64,000 nt of DNA, taken from an uncultured delta proteobacterium (lineage in GTDB: Bacteria > Desulfobacterota > Binatia > Binatales > Binataceae). The translations under genes were made by a program, and so were the position numbers. Each line of letters begins with the position of its first letter. Position 1 is the stretch's first letter. The stretch lies in NCBI GenBank assembly GCA_963842085.1, contig CAWJET010000002.1, positions 352,001-416,000 on the forward strand, in the 5' to 3' direction. Below are positions 40,465 through 48,725 of the stretch, piece after piece. A model generated the notes under the pieces. It was not told the origin of the DNA. It was given only the letters and a program-made list of their open reading frames with translations, and searched no databases.

Positions 40465-41019
40465 TCAAAAGACTGCCTCTACGGTTACAACTGTCCCTAC
40501 GATTGGACCGTCGAACACGATGAGCGCACTGCGCGAGTTTTTGTCTTTGATTTCGTGCATGGGGAGCATTGCCCCATTCCCGTCTATGCGAAAATCCTTA
40601 ACCGCGATGGCTTTGTCGAAGACCACAAAGAGATATACGGCATTGCTAAACACTTGATTGGAAATGGGCCGACCCTGCGAATCCTTCATCGTGGCCCGAC
40701 TTATCGAATTTATTGAGACGTAATTCGCAACGTTTAATTTTGTAATGGGTTGGGAATTGCCTAATTCGTTATACTGAATTTGAAGTTTGGTCGGCGTGTT
40801 ACCGGCAAGTCCGTCGGATGGGGGCGCAAAGTACGGTTGCACCCAAATAGCGACCGCAAGGATCGCCATCACAGTCATCGGCCAGTATCGAACCGCACTT
40901 CGCAACCTGCCCTGCCAATTAATCGGCGGCACGGCTGGTCCCTGTTGGGCAAAAATTCGATTGCCCTGCCAAAGCAGGTAAAGCGTCGCCGCATCTACTA
41001 TGTAACGCTCGATATCCAT
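40465..41019 (-). CDS. IS passenger: membrane-anchored hypothetical protein
   Basis: GAGAGGG RBS, TM segment, beta-rich C-terminus, visibly AT-richer than the host genes. Confidence 0.7.
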   Translation of the reverse strand: MDIERYIVDAATLYLLWQGNRIFAQQGPAVPPINWQGRLRSAVRYWPMTVMAILAVAIWVQPYFAPPSDGLAGNTPTKLQIQYNELGNSQPITKLNVANYVSINSISRATMKDSQGRPISNQVFSNAVYLFVVFDKAIAVKDFRIDGNGAMLPMHEIKDKNSRSALIVFDGPIVGTVVTVEAVF

Positions 41020-41100
41020 CGATCCCTCTCAGGGTGGGATTTCCCCTTGAGGCAGCGTAGTGTGCTTGACGGCACGCGGCCAGCCGCGCAGACTGACGGC

Positions 41101-41325
41101 ATGAGCAGTCCTTACGCTCAAAAGATTCTGTTCTTTTTCTGTCGCAAGTGCGGCGACTACCACGAGAAAACACACCCACACTACAAGGCGCAGAAGCAGC
41201 GTTCCTATCGTCGCCGCAAGGCGAAAGAAAAAAGCGCCAACGCAGTAGGAGAGGGGGCAACCAACCACGCTGGCGCGGAACCCGGAGGATTCCATCCCGA
41301 CCATAAGTCGCAACCGCACTTGTAG
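41101..41325 (+). CDS. IS passenger: 74-aa basic CxxC/His peptide
   Basis: FCRKCGDYHEKTHPHY then a basic tract; TTGACG-17-CAGACT 6 nt before ATG. Confidence 0.55.
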   Translation: MSSPYAQKILFFFCRKCGDYHEKTHPHYKAQKQRSYRRRKAKEKSANAVGEGATNHAGAEPGGFHPDHKSQPHL

Positions 41326-41449
41326 CAAGCCTAATCTGACGCGCTCGTAGCGGAGGTTCGTCCAGCTCTGGCCCACTATCCGAATCATGGCCGGGATCGT
41401 TACATAATCCCGTCTGATAGTCTAGAGCCGGATAATCCCCCAAAAGTAC

Positions 41450-41465
41450 TGTTTCACGTGAAACA
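41450..41465. promoter_or_regulatory. parS: parS centromere site
   Basis: Perfect TGTTTCACGTGAAACA palindrome. Confidence 0.85.
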
Positions 41466-42180
41466 CTTTCGCTTTAAACCACAATAACTAGGCGGTGTTT
41501 TTTCGAAAACAGGCGAAACTGTGACGCCATTCGGTTGCTGCAATTGCCGGAAAATCGTGCGGCGGCGAGCAAAGCACCGGGTTTCTTCGCTGCGCTCTGA
41601 ATGACACAAAGACGGACGTCTGACCTCAATCCCCGAGGAACCTGAGAGCGAAATGTCGTCCTCGACATTTCGCGATTAGCATTCTTTCTCACTAAGGCGC
41701 AGGTTTGACAGTGCTCTTTTCGCTGGGTGCAGGGGTCACCCCTGCCCAAGGAAGCGTGAAACCCACGGCGGGTTTCGCATTCAATCGTTTGTTCAGCTGT
41801 ACTCGTTATCCACCTGAAATAAAGAACGTTTCACGTGAAACATTTTCGCTTTAAATCGCAACAACCTGGCGGTGTTTTTCGAAAACAGGCGAAACTGTGA
41901 CGCCATTCGGTTGCTGCAATTGCGAGAAAATCGTGCGGGCATCGAGCGAAGCACCGGGTTTCTTCGCTGTGCTCTGAATGACACAAAGACGGACGTCTGA
42001 TCTCAATCCCCGAGGAACCTGAGAGCGAAATGTCGTCCTCGACATTTCGCGATTGGCGCTCTCCCTCACTAAGGCGCAGAGCCTGTCTTGGGCGGAGCCC
42101 AAGGAGGTTACCCTTGCTCTTTTCACTGGGTGCAGGGGTCACCCCTGCCCAAGGAAGCGTGAAACCCACGGTGGGTTTCA
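41451..42180. repeat. Tandem duplication of a ~330-355 bp non-coding module (41451-41776 and 41828-42180)
   Basis: Long near-identical stretches in both copies: parS, GCGAAATGTCG-tcct-CGACATTTCGC hairpin, REP-like repeat at the end. Confidence 0.92.
41827..41842. promoter_or_regulatory. parS: parS centromere site (second copy)
   Basis: CGTTTCACGTGAAACA (15/16 match). Confidence 0.8.
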
Positions 42181-42244
42181 TATCGAATCCGGTCCCTCGA
42201 CTTTGCGCAAAAACGTGTCAGATTGGCGCGGGAGAAAAACGGCG

Positions 42245-43747
42245 ATGCCTCAACTGATACTTGCCATCGACCAGGGAACTACCGGCACGACGGTTTTCGT
42301 CGTCGATGCGCGCGGGCGAATCCGCGGCCGCGCTTACGCCGAGATACGGCAGTTCTATCCCAAGCCCGGATGGGTCGAGCATGACCCCGAGGAGATCTAC
42401 CGCTCGGTCGTCACGCTATCGAAAAAAGCGATCGCCGCGGCGAAGATTTCGGCTTCCTCGGTCGCCGGAATCGGGATCACCAATCAGCGCGAGACGTTCG
42501 TGGTATGGGAGCGGCGCAGCGGCCGCCCCGTCTATCGCGCGATCGTGTGGCAATGCCGCCGCAGCGCGTCGATCTGCGATGCGTTGCGCGAGCGCGAGCC
42601 CGAGGTCGCGCGCCGCACGGGACTGCTCGTCGATCCTTACTTCTCGGGAACCAAACTCAAGTGGCTGCTCGACGAGAAACCCGAACTGCGCGCGCGCGGC
42701 CAGCGCGGCGAGCTGTGCTTCGGCACGATCGACACGTGGCTGGTGTATAAACTGTCGCGCGGCGCAGAGTTCGTGACCGATTACACCAACGCGTCCAGAA
42801 CGATGATGTTCAACCTGGCGCGCCGCGAATGGGACGACGAGATGCTCGCGATGCTGGGGGTTCCGCGCGAGATGCTGCCGCGGGCAGCGAGCTCGCGCGG
42901 GCCGCTGGCCGAGACGGCGCCGGGCACACTCGCGCCGCACGCGATTCCAATCGCGGCGGTGATCGGCGATCAGCAATCTGCACTGTATGGACAGGGCGCG
43001 GTCGAATCGGGCGACTCGAAGGCGACTTACGGGACGGGCGCGTTCCTGCTGATGAACACCGGCGACACGATGGTGCCGTCGGAGAATCGATTGCTCACGA
43101 CCGCGGCGCTTGGGCCCGCCGGCGAGCCTGCCTATGCGCTCGAGGGTTCGGTGTTTATCGCGGGCGCGGCCGTGCAATGGCTTCGCGACGGGCTGAAGCT
43201 GGTGCGCAAAGCTTCGGATACCTACGCCGAAGCGCGCGCCAGTCTCGCGAAAAATAAGGATCGCACGCAGCCTTACGTGGTGCCCGCGTTCGTTGGACTT
43301 GGCGCACCGCATTGGGACGCAAAAGCGCGCGGCGCGATCGTGGGAATCACCCGCGGCACGACCCGCGCCGACATAATCCGCGCGACGCTCGACAGCATCG
43401 CCTACCAGGTGCGCGACGTGATCGTTGCGATGGAATCCGACACCGGCCATCCGATGAGCGAGCTGCGGGCCGACGGCGGCGCCACCGCCAATCGCTACCT
43501 GATGCAGTTTCAGGCCGATATCCTTGGCAAGCCGGTGCGGCGCGCGAAGATAGCGGAGAGGACTGCGATGGGCGCGGCGATGCTCGCGGGCCTGGCGATG
43601 GGAGTGTGGAAGTCGCCTGGTGAAATGCACGCGATCGTCAAGGGCGCGGACGTGTTCAAGCCGAAAATGCAAACCGCAGAGCGTGAACGATTGCTTGCCG
43701 GATGGCATGACGCGGTCTCGCGCACGCTCACCAAGCCGTCTGATTGA
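42245..43747 (+). CDS. glpK: Glycerol kinase
   Basis: AIDQGTT, GITNQRET, AIVWQCRR, DPYFS, TNASRT, GDQQSAL, TYGTG, DGGA. Confidence 0.96.
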   Translation: MPQLILAIDQGTTGTTVFVVDARGRIRGRAYAEIRQFYPKPGWVEHDPEEIYRSVVTLSKKAIAAAKISASSVAGIGITNQRETFVVWERRSGRPVYRAIVWQCRRSASICDALREREPEVARRTGLLVDPYFSGTKLKWLLDEKPELRARGQRGELCFGTIDTWLVYKLSRGAEFVTDYTNASRTMMFNLARREWDDEMLAMLGVPREMLPRAASSRGPLAETAPGTLAPHAIPIAAVIGDQQSALYGQGAVESGDSKATYGTGAFLLMNTGDTMVPSENRLLTTAALGPAGEPAYALEGSVFIAGAAVQWLRDGLKLVRKASDTYAEARASLAKNKDRTQPYVVPAFVGLGAPHWDAKARGAIVGITRGTTRADIIRATLDSIAYQVRDVIVAMESDTGHPMSELRADGGATANRYLMQFQADILGKPVRRAKIAERTAMGAAMLAGLAMGVWKSPGEMHAIVKGADVFKPKMQTAERERLLAGWHDAVSRTLTKPSD

Positions 43748-43765
43748 ATCGAGGTAGCGAAAAAA

Positions 43766-44410
43766 ATGACCGTAAATGGAAAGCCGATCGTTACCGTCCT
43801 GTACCCCGAACAGCACGACCAGGCCGCGGACTCGCTGGGGCGCGCGTTCATCAACGATCCTACCTTCAAGTCGATAGTTCCGGATGTCACCGATCCCGCC
43901 GAGCGCGCCAGGCGTCTTCCGGACTTGTTCCGCGCGATGCTGGCGATAGAGCGCCGCAGCGGACAGCCGGTGTTCGGCGTGATTGATGACAATGGACGCG
44001 TCGTTGCGGCGGCGATGACCGAAGGCGTCGGGCATCCTGGCACGCTCGGTTTGCTCGCGACCGGTCTCGGCCAGATGCCGCGGCTGATTCGAGCGCTCGG
44101 GTGGGGCGGGCTTATCCGCGCGCTGAATCTATTCAGCGTACTGGCCGCCAATCATCCCAAGGAGCCGCATCTGTACCTGCAGGTGCTTGGATGCGATCCG
44201 CCGTTTCAGGGCAAGGGCTACGGCAAGGCGTTGCTCGATCGGCTTGCGCTCGAGGCAAGGGCGCGGCCCCAGATAGCCGGCGTTTACCTCGAGACTGCGA
44301 CCGAGGCCAACGTCGCCTTCTACAGCTCGAGGGGCTACGAAATTTTGGGCGAGCTGTACCCGCTGGGCGTGCGGACGTGGCGGATGTACCAGCGCAGGCG
44401 GCAGGGGTGA
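43766..44410 (+). CDS. GNAT acetyltransferase
   Basis: HLYLQVLGCDPPFQGKGYG, YLET..NVAFY..GY. Confidence 0.88.
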   Translation: MTVNGKPIVTVLYPEQHDQAADSLGRAFINDPTFKSIVPDVTDPAERARRLPDLFRAMLAIERRSGQPVFGVIDDNGRVVAAAMTEGVGHPGTLGLLATGLGQMPRLIRALGWGGLIRALNLFSVLAANHPKEPHLYLQVLGCDPPFQGKGYGKALLDRLALEARARPQIAGVYLETATEANVAFYSSRGYEILGELYPLGVRTWRMYQRRRQG

Positions 44411-44462
44411 CCCCTGCACCCGGTATTAAGAATAGAAGGTAAAGGCGCGCCCTCTCCGTGGC

Positions 44463-44492
44463 TGGTTCTCCCTTCCGCGCGGGAAGGGGAAC
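44463..44492. terminator. Hairpin between convergent genes
   Basis: GGTTCTCCCTTCC-gcgc-GGGAAGGGGAACC. Confidence 0.45.
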
Positions 44493-44494
44493 CG

Positions 44495-44773
44495 TTACGA
44501 CGCGGCAGTGCGCGGACGTAGCGTAGTCACGCGCAGTCCCTTGGAGGTCCATCCGACGTCGAAGCCGACGATGTCGCCCTCGCGAATCAGATCGATCCCC
44601 GGCATCGCGCCGCCGATTGGAGCACCCGCCACGGCCACGAATGGAAACTCGAAGGGGATTTCCTTGCCGCTATGCGAGCGCACGATGCCGCGTCCGCGGG
44701 CGCGGTCGAGCTTGAGGATCATGCCCTGGTAGAAGTTTCCGGGAAAGCGCTCGCTGTCGTAGTCATCGGCCAC
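44495..44773 (-). CDS. Small cold-shock-like OB-fold protein
   Basis: G.I.K....GRG.V, EGD.VGFDV..T.KGL pattern; lacks canonical RNP1/RNP2 motifs. Confidence 0.65.
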   Translation of the reverse strand: MADDYDSERFPGNFYQGMILKLDRARGRGIVRSHSGKEIPFEFPFVAVAGAPIGGAMPGIDLIREGDIVGFDVGWTSKGLRVTTLRPRTAAS

Positions 44774-44820
44774 GATCTAAGGGAGTAGCACCCCAGGGCG
44801 CTGCGGAAAAGCGGCAGATG

Positions 44821-44853
44821 AAAAAGCCGGCGATGATTGCGTCATCGCCGGCT
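44821..44853 (-). terminator. Intrinsic terminator
   Basis: Minus strand AGCCGGCGATGA-cgcaa-TCATCGCCGGCT-TTTT. Confidence 0.75.
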
Positions 44854-44885
44854 CGAATCGCGGCTCGATTCGCGCGAGGAAACGA

Positions 44886-45530
44886 TCAGGTACCCAGTTT
44901 GTAATCGATCACCGTGGCCGATTCCACCAGCAGCTTTCCATTCCACATTTTCTTGGTCTCTTCCTTGACCAAACCGCCTTGGACGTCATCCGACAGCCAG
45001 TCCTTGGCCCAGGATACCTCGGGTCCGGTCTTGATCGTGGTCTCGATCCAATGAGTCTTGATCTTATTGCCCATTACAGTCAGGTCCTCGTCGCCTTGGG
45101 TCTCCTTGACCGTCTGCTGCTTGGGAGGCTTTTCCCACAGCGAGTCGCTTGCGTTGCTGACCTCGCCGTTGGCGAAGAGTGTCACCTTGTCGGCAGGCAT
45201 CTCGGTTTCGCTGCCGTCGCCCAGATCGATCCTGGTCTCCTCGAGGACGGCTTTGTCCTTGTTGAGATCGATCAGCTTGGAGTTGATGCGCATGACTGCG
45301 GCGTGGGGCGGATGCGCCATCGCTTCTACGACGCCGACATTGTTCTCACGATGTTCGAAGACTTTCCGCTCGATGGTAACGTAAGTGCCGGGTTTGAAGT
45401 GAGCCCATTGCGCGTACTCCGGATTAGCCGGCTCCGGTGGGTGCGAATCGTCAGCGGCCATCAGAAAGAGGCTTGCGCACAAAACACTGGAGACCAGGAT
45501 CGCCGCGGAGAGTGTCGGCCGGAACCTCAT
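44886..45530 (-). CDS. Exported beta-rich hypothetical protein
   Basis: GGAGG RBS, signal peptide, NPEY..W..FKPG and WLSDDVQGGLVK. Confidence 0.8.
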   Translation of the reverse strand: MRFRPTLSAAILVSSVLCASLFLMAADDSHPPEPANPEYAQWAHFKPGTYVTIERKVFEHRENNVGVVEAMAHPPHAAVMRINSKLIDLNKDKAVLEETRIDLGDGSETEMPADKVTLFANGEVSNASDSLWEKPPKQQTVKETQGDEDLTVMGNKIKTHWIETTIKTGPEVSWAKDWLSDDVQGGLVKEETKKMWNGKLLVESATVIDYKLGT

Positions 45531-45760
45531 GGTGGACCTCCTGAAATGACGTAGGTAGAAGCCGATAAGTTATAGTCGAGCTATGCGCGGGATCCTACTG
45601 AAACAAAATTGTCGATGTCAACCGTAACCGGCCGGGCGCTGCGCGCGTGCGCCAGGCTCGGTTGACATTGGACTTCAGGATTCGTTAGATGGGAGCACTG
45701 ACTCAGGGATTTCGACGATTAACGGATACGACCGGGAGTGAGTTCCCATCAGGAGGAACC

Positions 45761-46087
45761 GTGGAATCCGACAACCCCGCCATCCGCAACAGACTTAAGG
45801 AACGCCTTCGCACGCTTATCGGCACGGGCGCCAGCACTATCGTGCTCGCGACAACGATACTTAGCGGGCTCCCTGCCGACGCCAATGTCGCGGACACCAG
45901 TCCGGCGGATACTCTCCAGAATCGCGTCGAGAAAGTGCGCCCCCAGGTTCAGGACGCGAACGCCAACCTGCAGCAGCAGGGCGATTCGAAAATCCAGCTG
46001 GCGTGGTGGCGCAATTGGCGCAACGGCGGTTGGCGCGGATGGGGCTGGCCGAACTGGCACAACTGGCGTAACTGGGGCAACTGGTAA
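45761..46087 (+). CDS. RiPP precursor, GrrA/OscA-like, with Trp-rich W-x-N repeat core
   Basis: AGGAGG RBS then GTG 45761; signal-like N-terminus, LQNRVEKVR leader motif, QLA followed by WWRNWRNGGWRGWGWPNWHNWRNWGNW; directly upstream of the rSAM gene. Confidence 0.88.
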   Translation: MESDNPAIRNRLKERLRTLIGTGASTIVLATTILSGLPADANVADTSPADTLQNRVEKVRPQVQDANANLQQQGDSKIQLAWWRNWRNGGWRGWGWPNWHNWRNWGNW

Positions 46088-46129
46088 AATTTTCCCAACT
46101 ACGCAGCGCGGCATCGGGCAGTACTCGAG

Positions 46130-47299
46130 ATGGCTGCGGTCAATAGATGGCGAATCGCCGGGCCGCTCGAGCTGCTGGTACTGCAGCCCACTCCGTTCTG
46201 CAATCTCGATTGCACATACTGCTACCTTCCTGAGCGCGACTCGAAACGCAGGATGTCCGATGCGACCCTGAATCGGGTTTTTGAATTCGTCTTTTCAAGC
46301 GGAATAGTTGAGCAGGGTTTCACCGTGGTGTGGCACGCGGGCGAGCCGATGGTCCTGCCGATTGCCTATTACGAACGCGCGATCGAAATTGTCAGCGCGC
46401 ATAATCCCGGCGGCTTGCAGGTTGGGCATTCGTTCCAGACCAATGGCGTGCTGATAGACGACGCGTGGTGCGAATTTTTCAAAGCGCATCGCGTCAACGT
46501 CGGAGTCAGCGTTGACGGGCCCGCGTTTCTTCACGATCGCAATCGAAAAACGCGCAAGGGCGGCGGGACTCATCATCGAGTGATGGAAGGGATCCGAAGA
46601 CTGCAGAGCAACGAGGTGCCGTTCCACGTGATCTCCGTGCTGACGGGAGAGTCACTCGACTACGCCGACGAGCTGTTCGATTTCTACATCGAGAACGAGA
46701 TCCGGGAGATTGCGTTCAACATCGAGGAGATCGAAGGACCGCACGCCGGGTCGACGCTCGTCGGCGCGGGCGTCGACGATAGATTCCGCCGCTTTATCGG
46801 CAGAGTTTTTGAGCTGGTCGCGCGCGACGACTCGGCCATCAGCGTACGCGAGTTTGATTCGCTCATTCCGATGATTCTTGGCAGTGGCGGCAAGGACAAC
46901 GACTTTCCGCCAACCCAGGAAAACGCACCTTGCGCGATATTGAGCGTGGACTGCGAAGGCAACTTCACTACTTACTCGCCGGAACTGCTCGGCCTCAAGA
47001 GTAGTCACTATGGCGATTTTGCAATAGGCAATGTGAATACAGATACGCTCGCGTCTGCGATTAATTCCGAGAAATTTCAGCGTATGAGTAGTGATATCGC
47101 GCGCGGACTGAGTAAGTGCCGCGAGACATGTGAGTATTATAGTTTGTGCGGCGGCGGCGCGCCGGTGAATAAGTACTTCGAGAATGGCTCGTTCGATTCG
47201 ACCGAGACCATGTTCTGCCGTTTGAATCGCAAGGCAATCGTCGATGTGATTGTCGCGAAGCTGCAACATCCGATTGGCGCCGTGACCGACGCGGCCTGA
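46130..47299 (+). CDS. grrM: Cyclophane-forming radical SAM/SPASM peptide maturase, GrrM/OscB type
   Basis: QPTPFCNLDCTYCY, WHAGEP, QTNG, GVSVDGP, FNIEE, SPELL, C..TC.Y..LCGGGAP.NK.FENG..TET..C. Confidence 0.88.
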   Translation: MAAVNRWRIAGPLELLVLQPTPFCNLDCTYCYLPERDSKRRMSDATLNRVFEFVFSSGIVEQGFTVVWHAGEPMVLPIAYYERAIEIVSAHNPGGLQVGHSFQTNGVLIDDAWCEFFKAHRVNVGVSVDGPAFLHDRNRKTRKGGGTHHRVMEGIRRLQSNEVPFHVISVLTGESLDYADELFDFYIENEIREIAFNIEEIEGPHAGSTLVGAGVDDRFRRFIGRVFELVARDDSAISVREFDSLIPMILGSGGKDNDFPPTQENAPCAILSVDCEGNFTTYSPELLGLKSSHYGDFAIGNVNTDTLASAINSEKFQRMSSDIARGLSKCRETCEYYSLCGGGAPVNKYFENGSFDSTETMFCRLNRKAIVDVIVAKLQHPIGAVTDAA

Positions 47300-47310
47300 C
47301 GCGAAATTCA

Positions 47311-47883
47311 GTGAAAATTCGTGACGCGCCGCGGTACCAGAGCCGGCTGACGCCGGCCGAACGTGTGCAGGTGTTCGACTCCAGCAAATGGAAGCCGGCA
47401 AGCGCGGACGAGCTGGCGGCATGGACCGGCAATCGTGAGCCGTCCGCTGACGACGTGTTGGTGATCGGCATCCCCCGGCACTTGCTTAAGCGCTGGTGGA
47501 GTCTGGCTGAATCGGACCATATAACCAAGGGGTTTGAGGGCTATGGGCGCGAGGTCGCCGAGTATTTCGAGTACAAGAAGTGGCGCTGGCCGGTCCTTGC
47601 TTTGCTGGAGGTGGTGGCTGCCGGCGGCAAGGGCGATAGAGCGCTGGTACCGAGTAACCCGATGCGGTTCGGCAACGGAGTAGGGACACTGTTCGCGTGC
47701 ATCAACCTGGGCGAGGAGAATGCTGCGATCGCGATCGACGCGGGGTCGGGGCGGATTCGCGTCATCCTCGAGCCCGGCGAGGGTGTGATGCTGCCGGAGA
47801 GCGGTATCCGCTGGAATCGATCGGCGCTCGGCGGCTCGGACGTTGCGATTACGATGCTGATCGGAGAGCTCTCAACTGAATAG
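47311..47883 (+). CDS. Uncharacterised protein co-oriented with the RiPP maturase
   Basis: Starts 11 nt after the rSAM stop; CINLGEE..RVILEPGEG..LP beta-rich C-terminus. Confidence 0.7.
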   Translation: MKIRDAPRYQSRLTPAERVQVFDSSKWKPASADELAAWTGNREPSADDVLVIGIPRHLLKRWWSLAESDHITKGFEGYGREVAEYFEYKKWRWPVLALLEVVAAGGKGDRALVPSNPMRFGNGVGTLFACINLGEENAAIAIDAGSGRIRVILEPGEGVMLPESGIRWNRSALGGSDVAITMLIGELSTE

Positions 47884-47890
47884 TCACTCG

Positions 47891-48196
47891 CTACGGCATC
47901 GACATGCAGGTTTGTAGTTCGCCGAGGGCGTTGTCGATGTATCCGATCGCGTTGGCCTTATGCCCGTGATAGTCATTCGCGGCTTTGGCCTGTAGTACGT
48001 AGCGCGCGTGCTGCAGCTCGTTCATTGCTTGTGAGATTTCAGGATGGCCGCCCGGTGGAGGTCCGCCGTAGTAGCCAGGGCCTTCAGGGGGCGGACCGTA
48101 AGGACCGCTGCTGTAAGCGGGGCCCTGCGAACACGCGGCACAGGCCAGCACGATCCCGAAGATGACGCCGCTGGCGAAACACAATCCTTTGACCAT
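47891..48196 (-). CDS. Small Gly/Pro-rich putative lipoprotein
   Basis: AAGGAGGA RBS, hydrophobic signal ending LACAAC, HPEI..A..L..DYHGH..AI helical domain. Confidence 0.75.
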   Translation of the reverse strand: MVKGLCFASGVIFGIVLACAACSQGPAYSSGPYGPPPEGPGYYGGPPPGGHPEISQAMNELQHARYVLQAKAANDYHGHKANAIGYIDNALGELQTCMSMP

Positions 48197-48209
48197 AGAA
48201 ATCCTCCTT

Positions 48210-48623
48210 TCATGGAAAGTGGCGATCGATATAGGTAAGCGCGGACTCGAGGTCAGGCAATATCTTGGTGCAAAAACGGACCATCCACGGCGAGCATTCC
48301 GCAAAACTGAACGGGCTGAACGCGATCACGAACTTGCCGAGATCGTGTCCGGCGTAGAAGACCTCCATCGCGGTACCGAGCGAGGGCTTACAGTAGTTCA
48401 CCAGCAGCAGGTCGGCGTCGCGAACGTCCTGCAAATCGAACTCGACGATTTCATTGGCCGAATCGATCTCGCGGTCGCGAAAGTTGCGCCGCATCGGATC
48501 GAGCAGGATGAATCTTCCGGCCAGGCGTTCCTTGGCGCGCGTGCGCCAGTCCTTGGCCGAGCGCTCGGACTCCGCATCCATGATTGGACCGCAGAGGTAG
48601 ATTTTTCGGACGCCGTCCGCCAT
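48210..48623 (-). CDS. Nucleoside 2-deoxyribosyltransferase-like protein
   Basis: KIYLCGPI, LDPMRR, D..DV..AD, SLGTAMEV; TGG-TAGATT 8 nt before ATG. Confidence 0.82.
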   Translation of the reverse strand: MADGVRKIYLCGPIMDAESERSAKDWRTRAKERLAGRFILLDPMRRNFRDREIDSANEIVEFDLQDVRDADLLLVNYCKPSLGTAMEVFYAGHDLGKFVIAFSPFSFAECSPWMVRFCTKILPDLESALTYIDRHFP

Positions 48624-48641
48624 CGCGGCGCAATCTACCAT

Positions 48642-48721
48642 ATCCGGGTCAAAGCCGATAAGTTCTACGATGGCCGCGCCAGCGGCGTTCCAAATCCCGG
48701 TCAAAGCCGATAAGTTTTACG
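48642..48721. repeat. 28-bp direct repeat (26/28 identical, period 52) in a divergent promoter region
   Basis: ATCCGGGTCAAAGCCGATAAGTTCTACG and ATCCCGGTCAAAGCCGATAAGTTTTACG. Confidence 0.85.
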
Positions 48722-48725
48722 CCGA

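Larger units (their letters stand above)
39405..41440 (+). mobile_element. IS1595-family element with passenger genes (ISNwi1-like ends)
   Basis: TIRs GGGGATTATCCGGGTCTTGACTA (39405-39427) and TAGTCTAGAGCCGGATAATCCCC (41418-41440), 21/23 complementary; flanks CTAAAGTA / CAAAAGTA (7/8 TSD). Confidence 0.9.

Noticed and set aside
41806-41814. oriC suggested by a DnaA-box-like 9-mer
   Set aside because: A single 8/9 match with no box cluster, unwinding element or dnaA gene
41451-42180. Possible CRISPR array, or small ORFs in the duplicated region
   Set aside because: Two long near-identical units with no short-repeat/unique-spacer pattern and no cas genes; ORF frames differ between the copies
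45689-45760. Longer 132-aa start for the RiPP precursor
   Set aside because: GTG 45761 has an AGGAGG RBS, and the upstream ATG overlaps a likely promoter (TTGACA at 45662)
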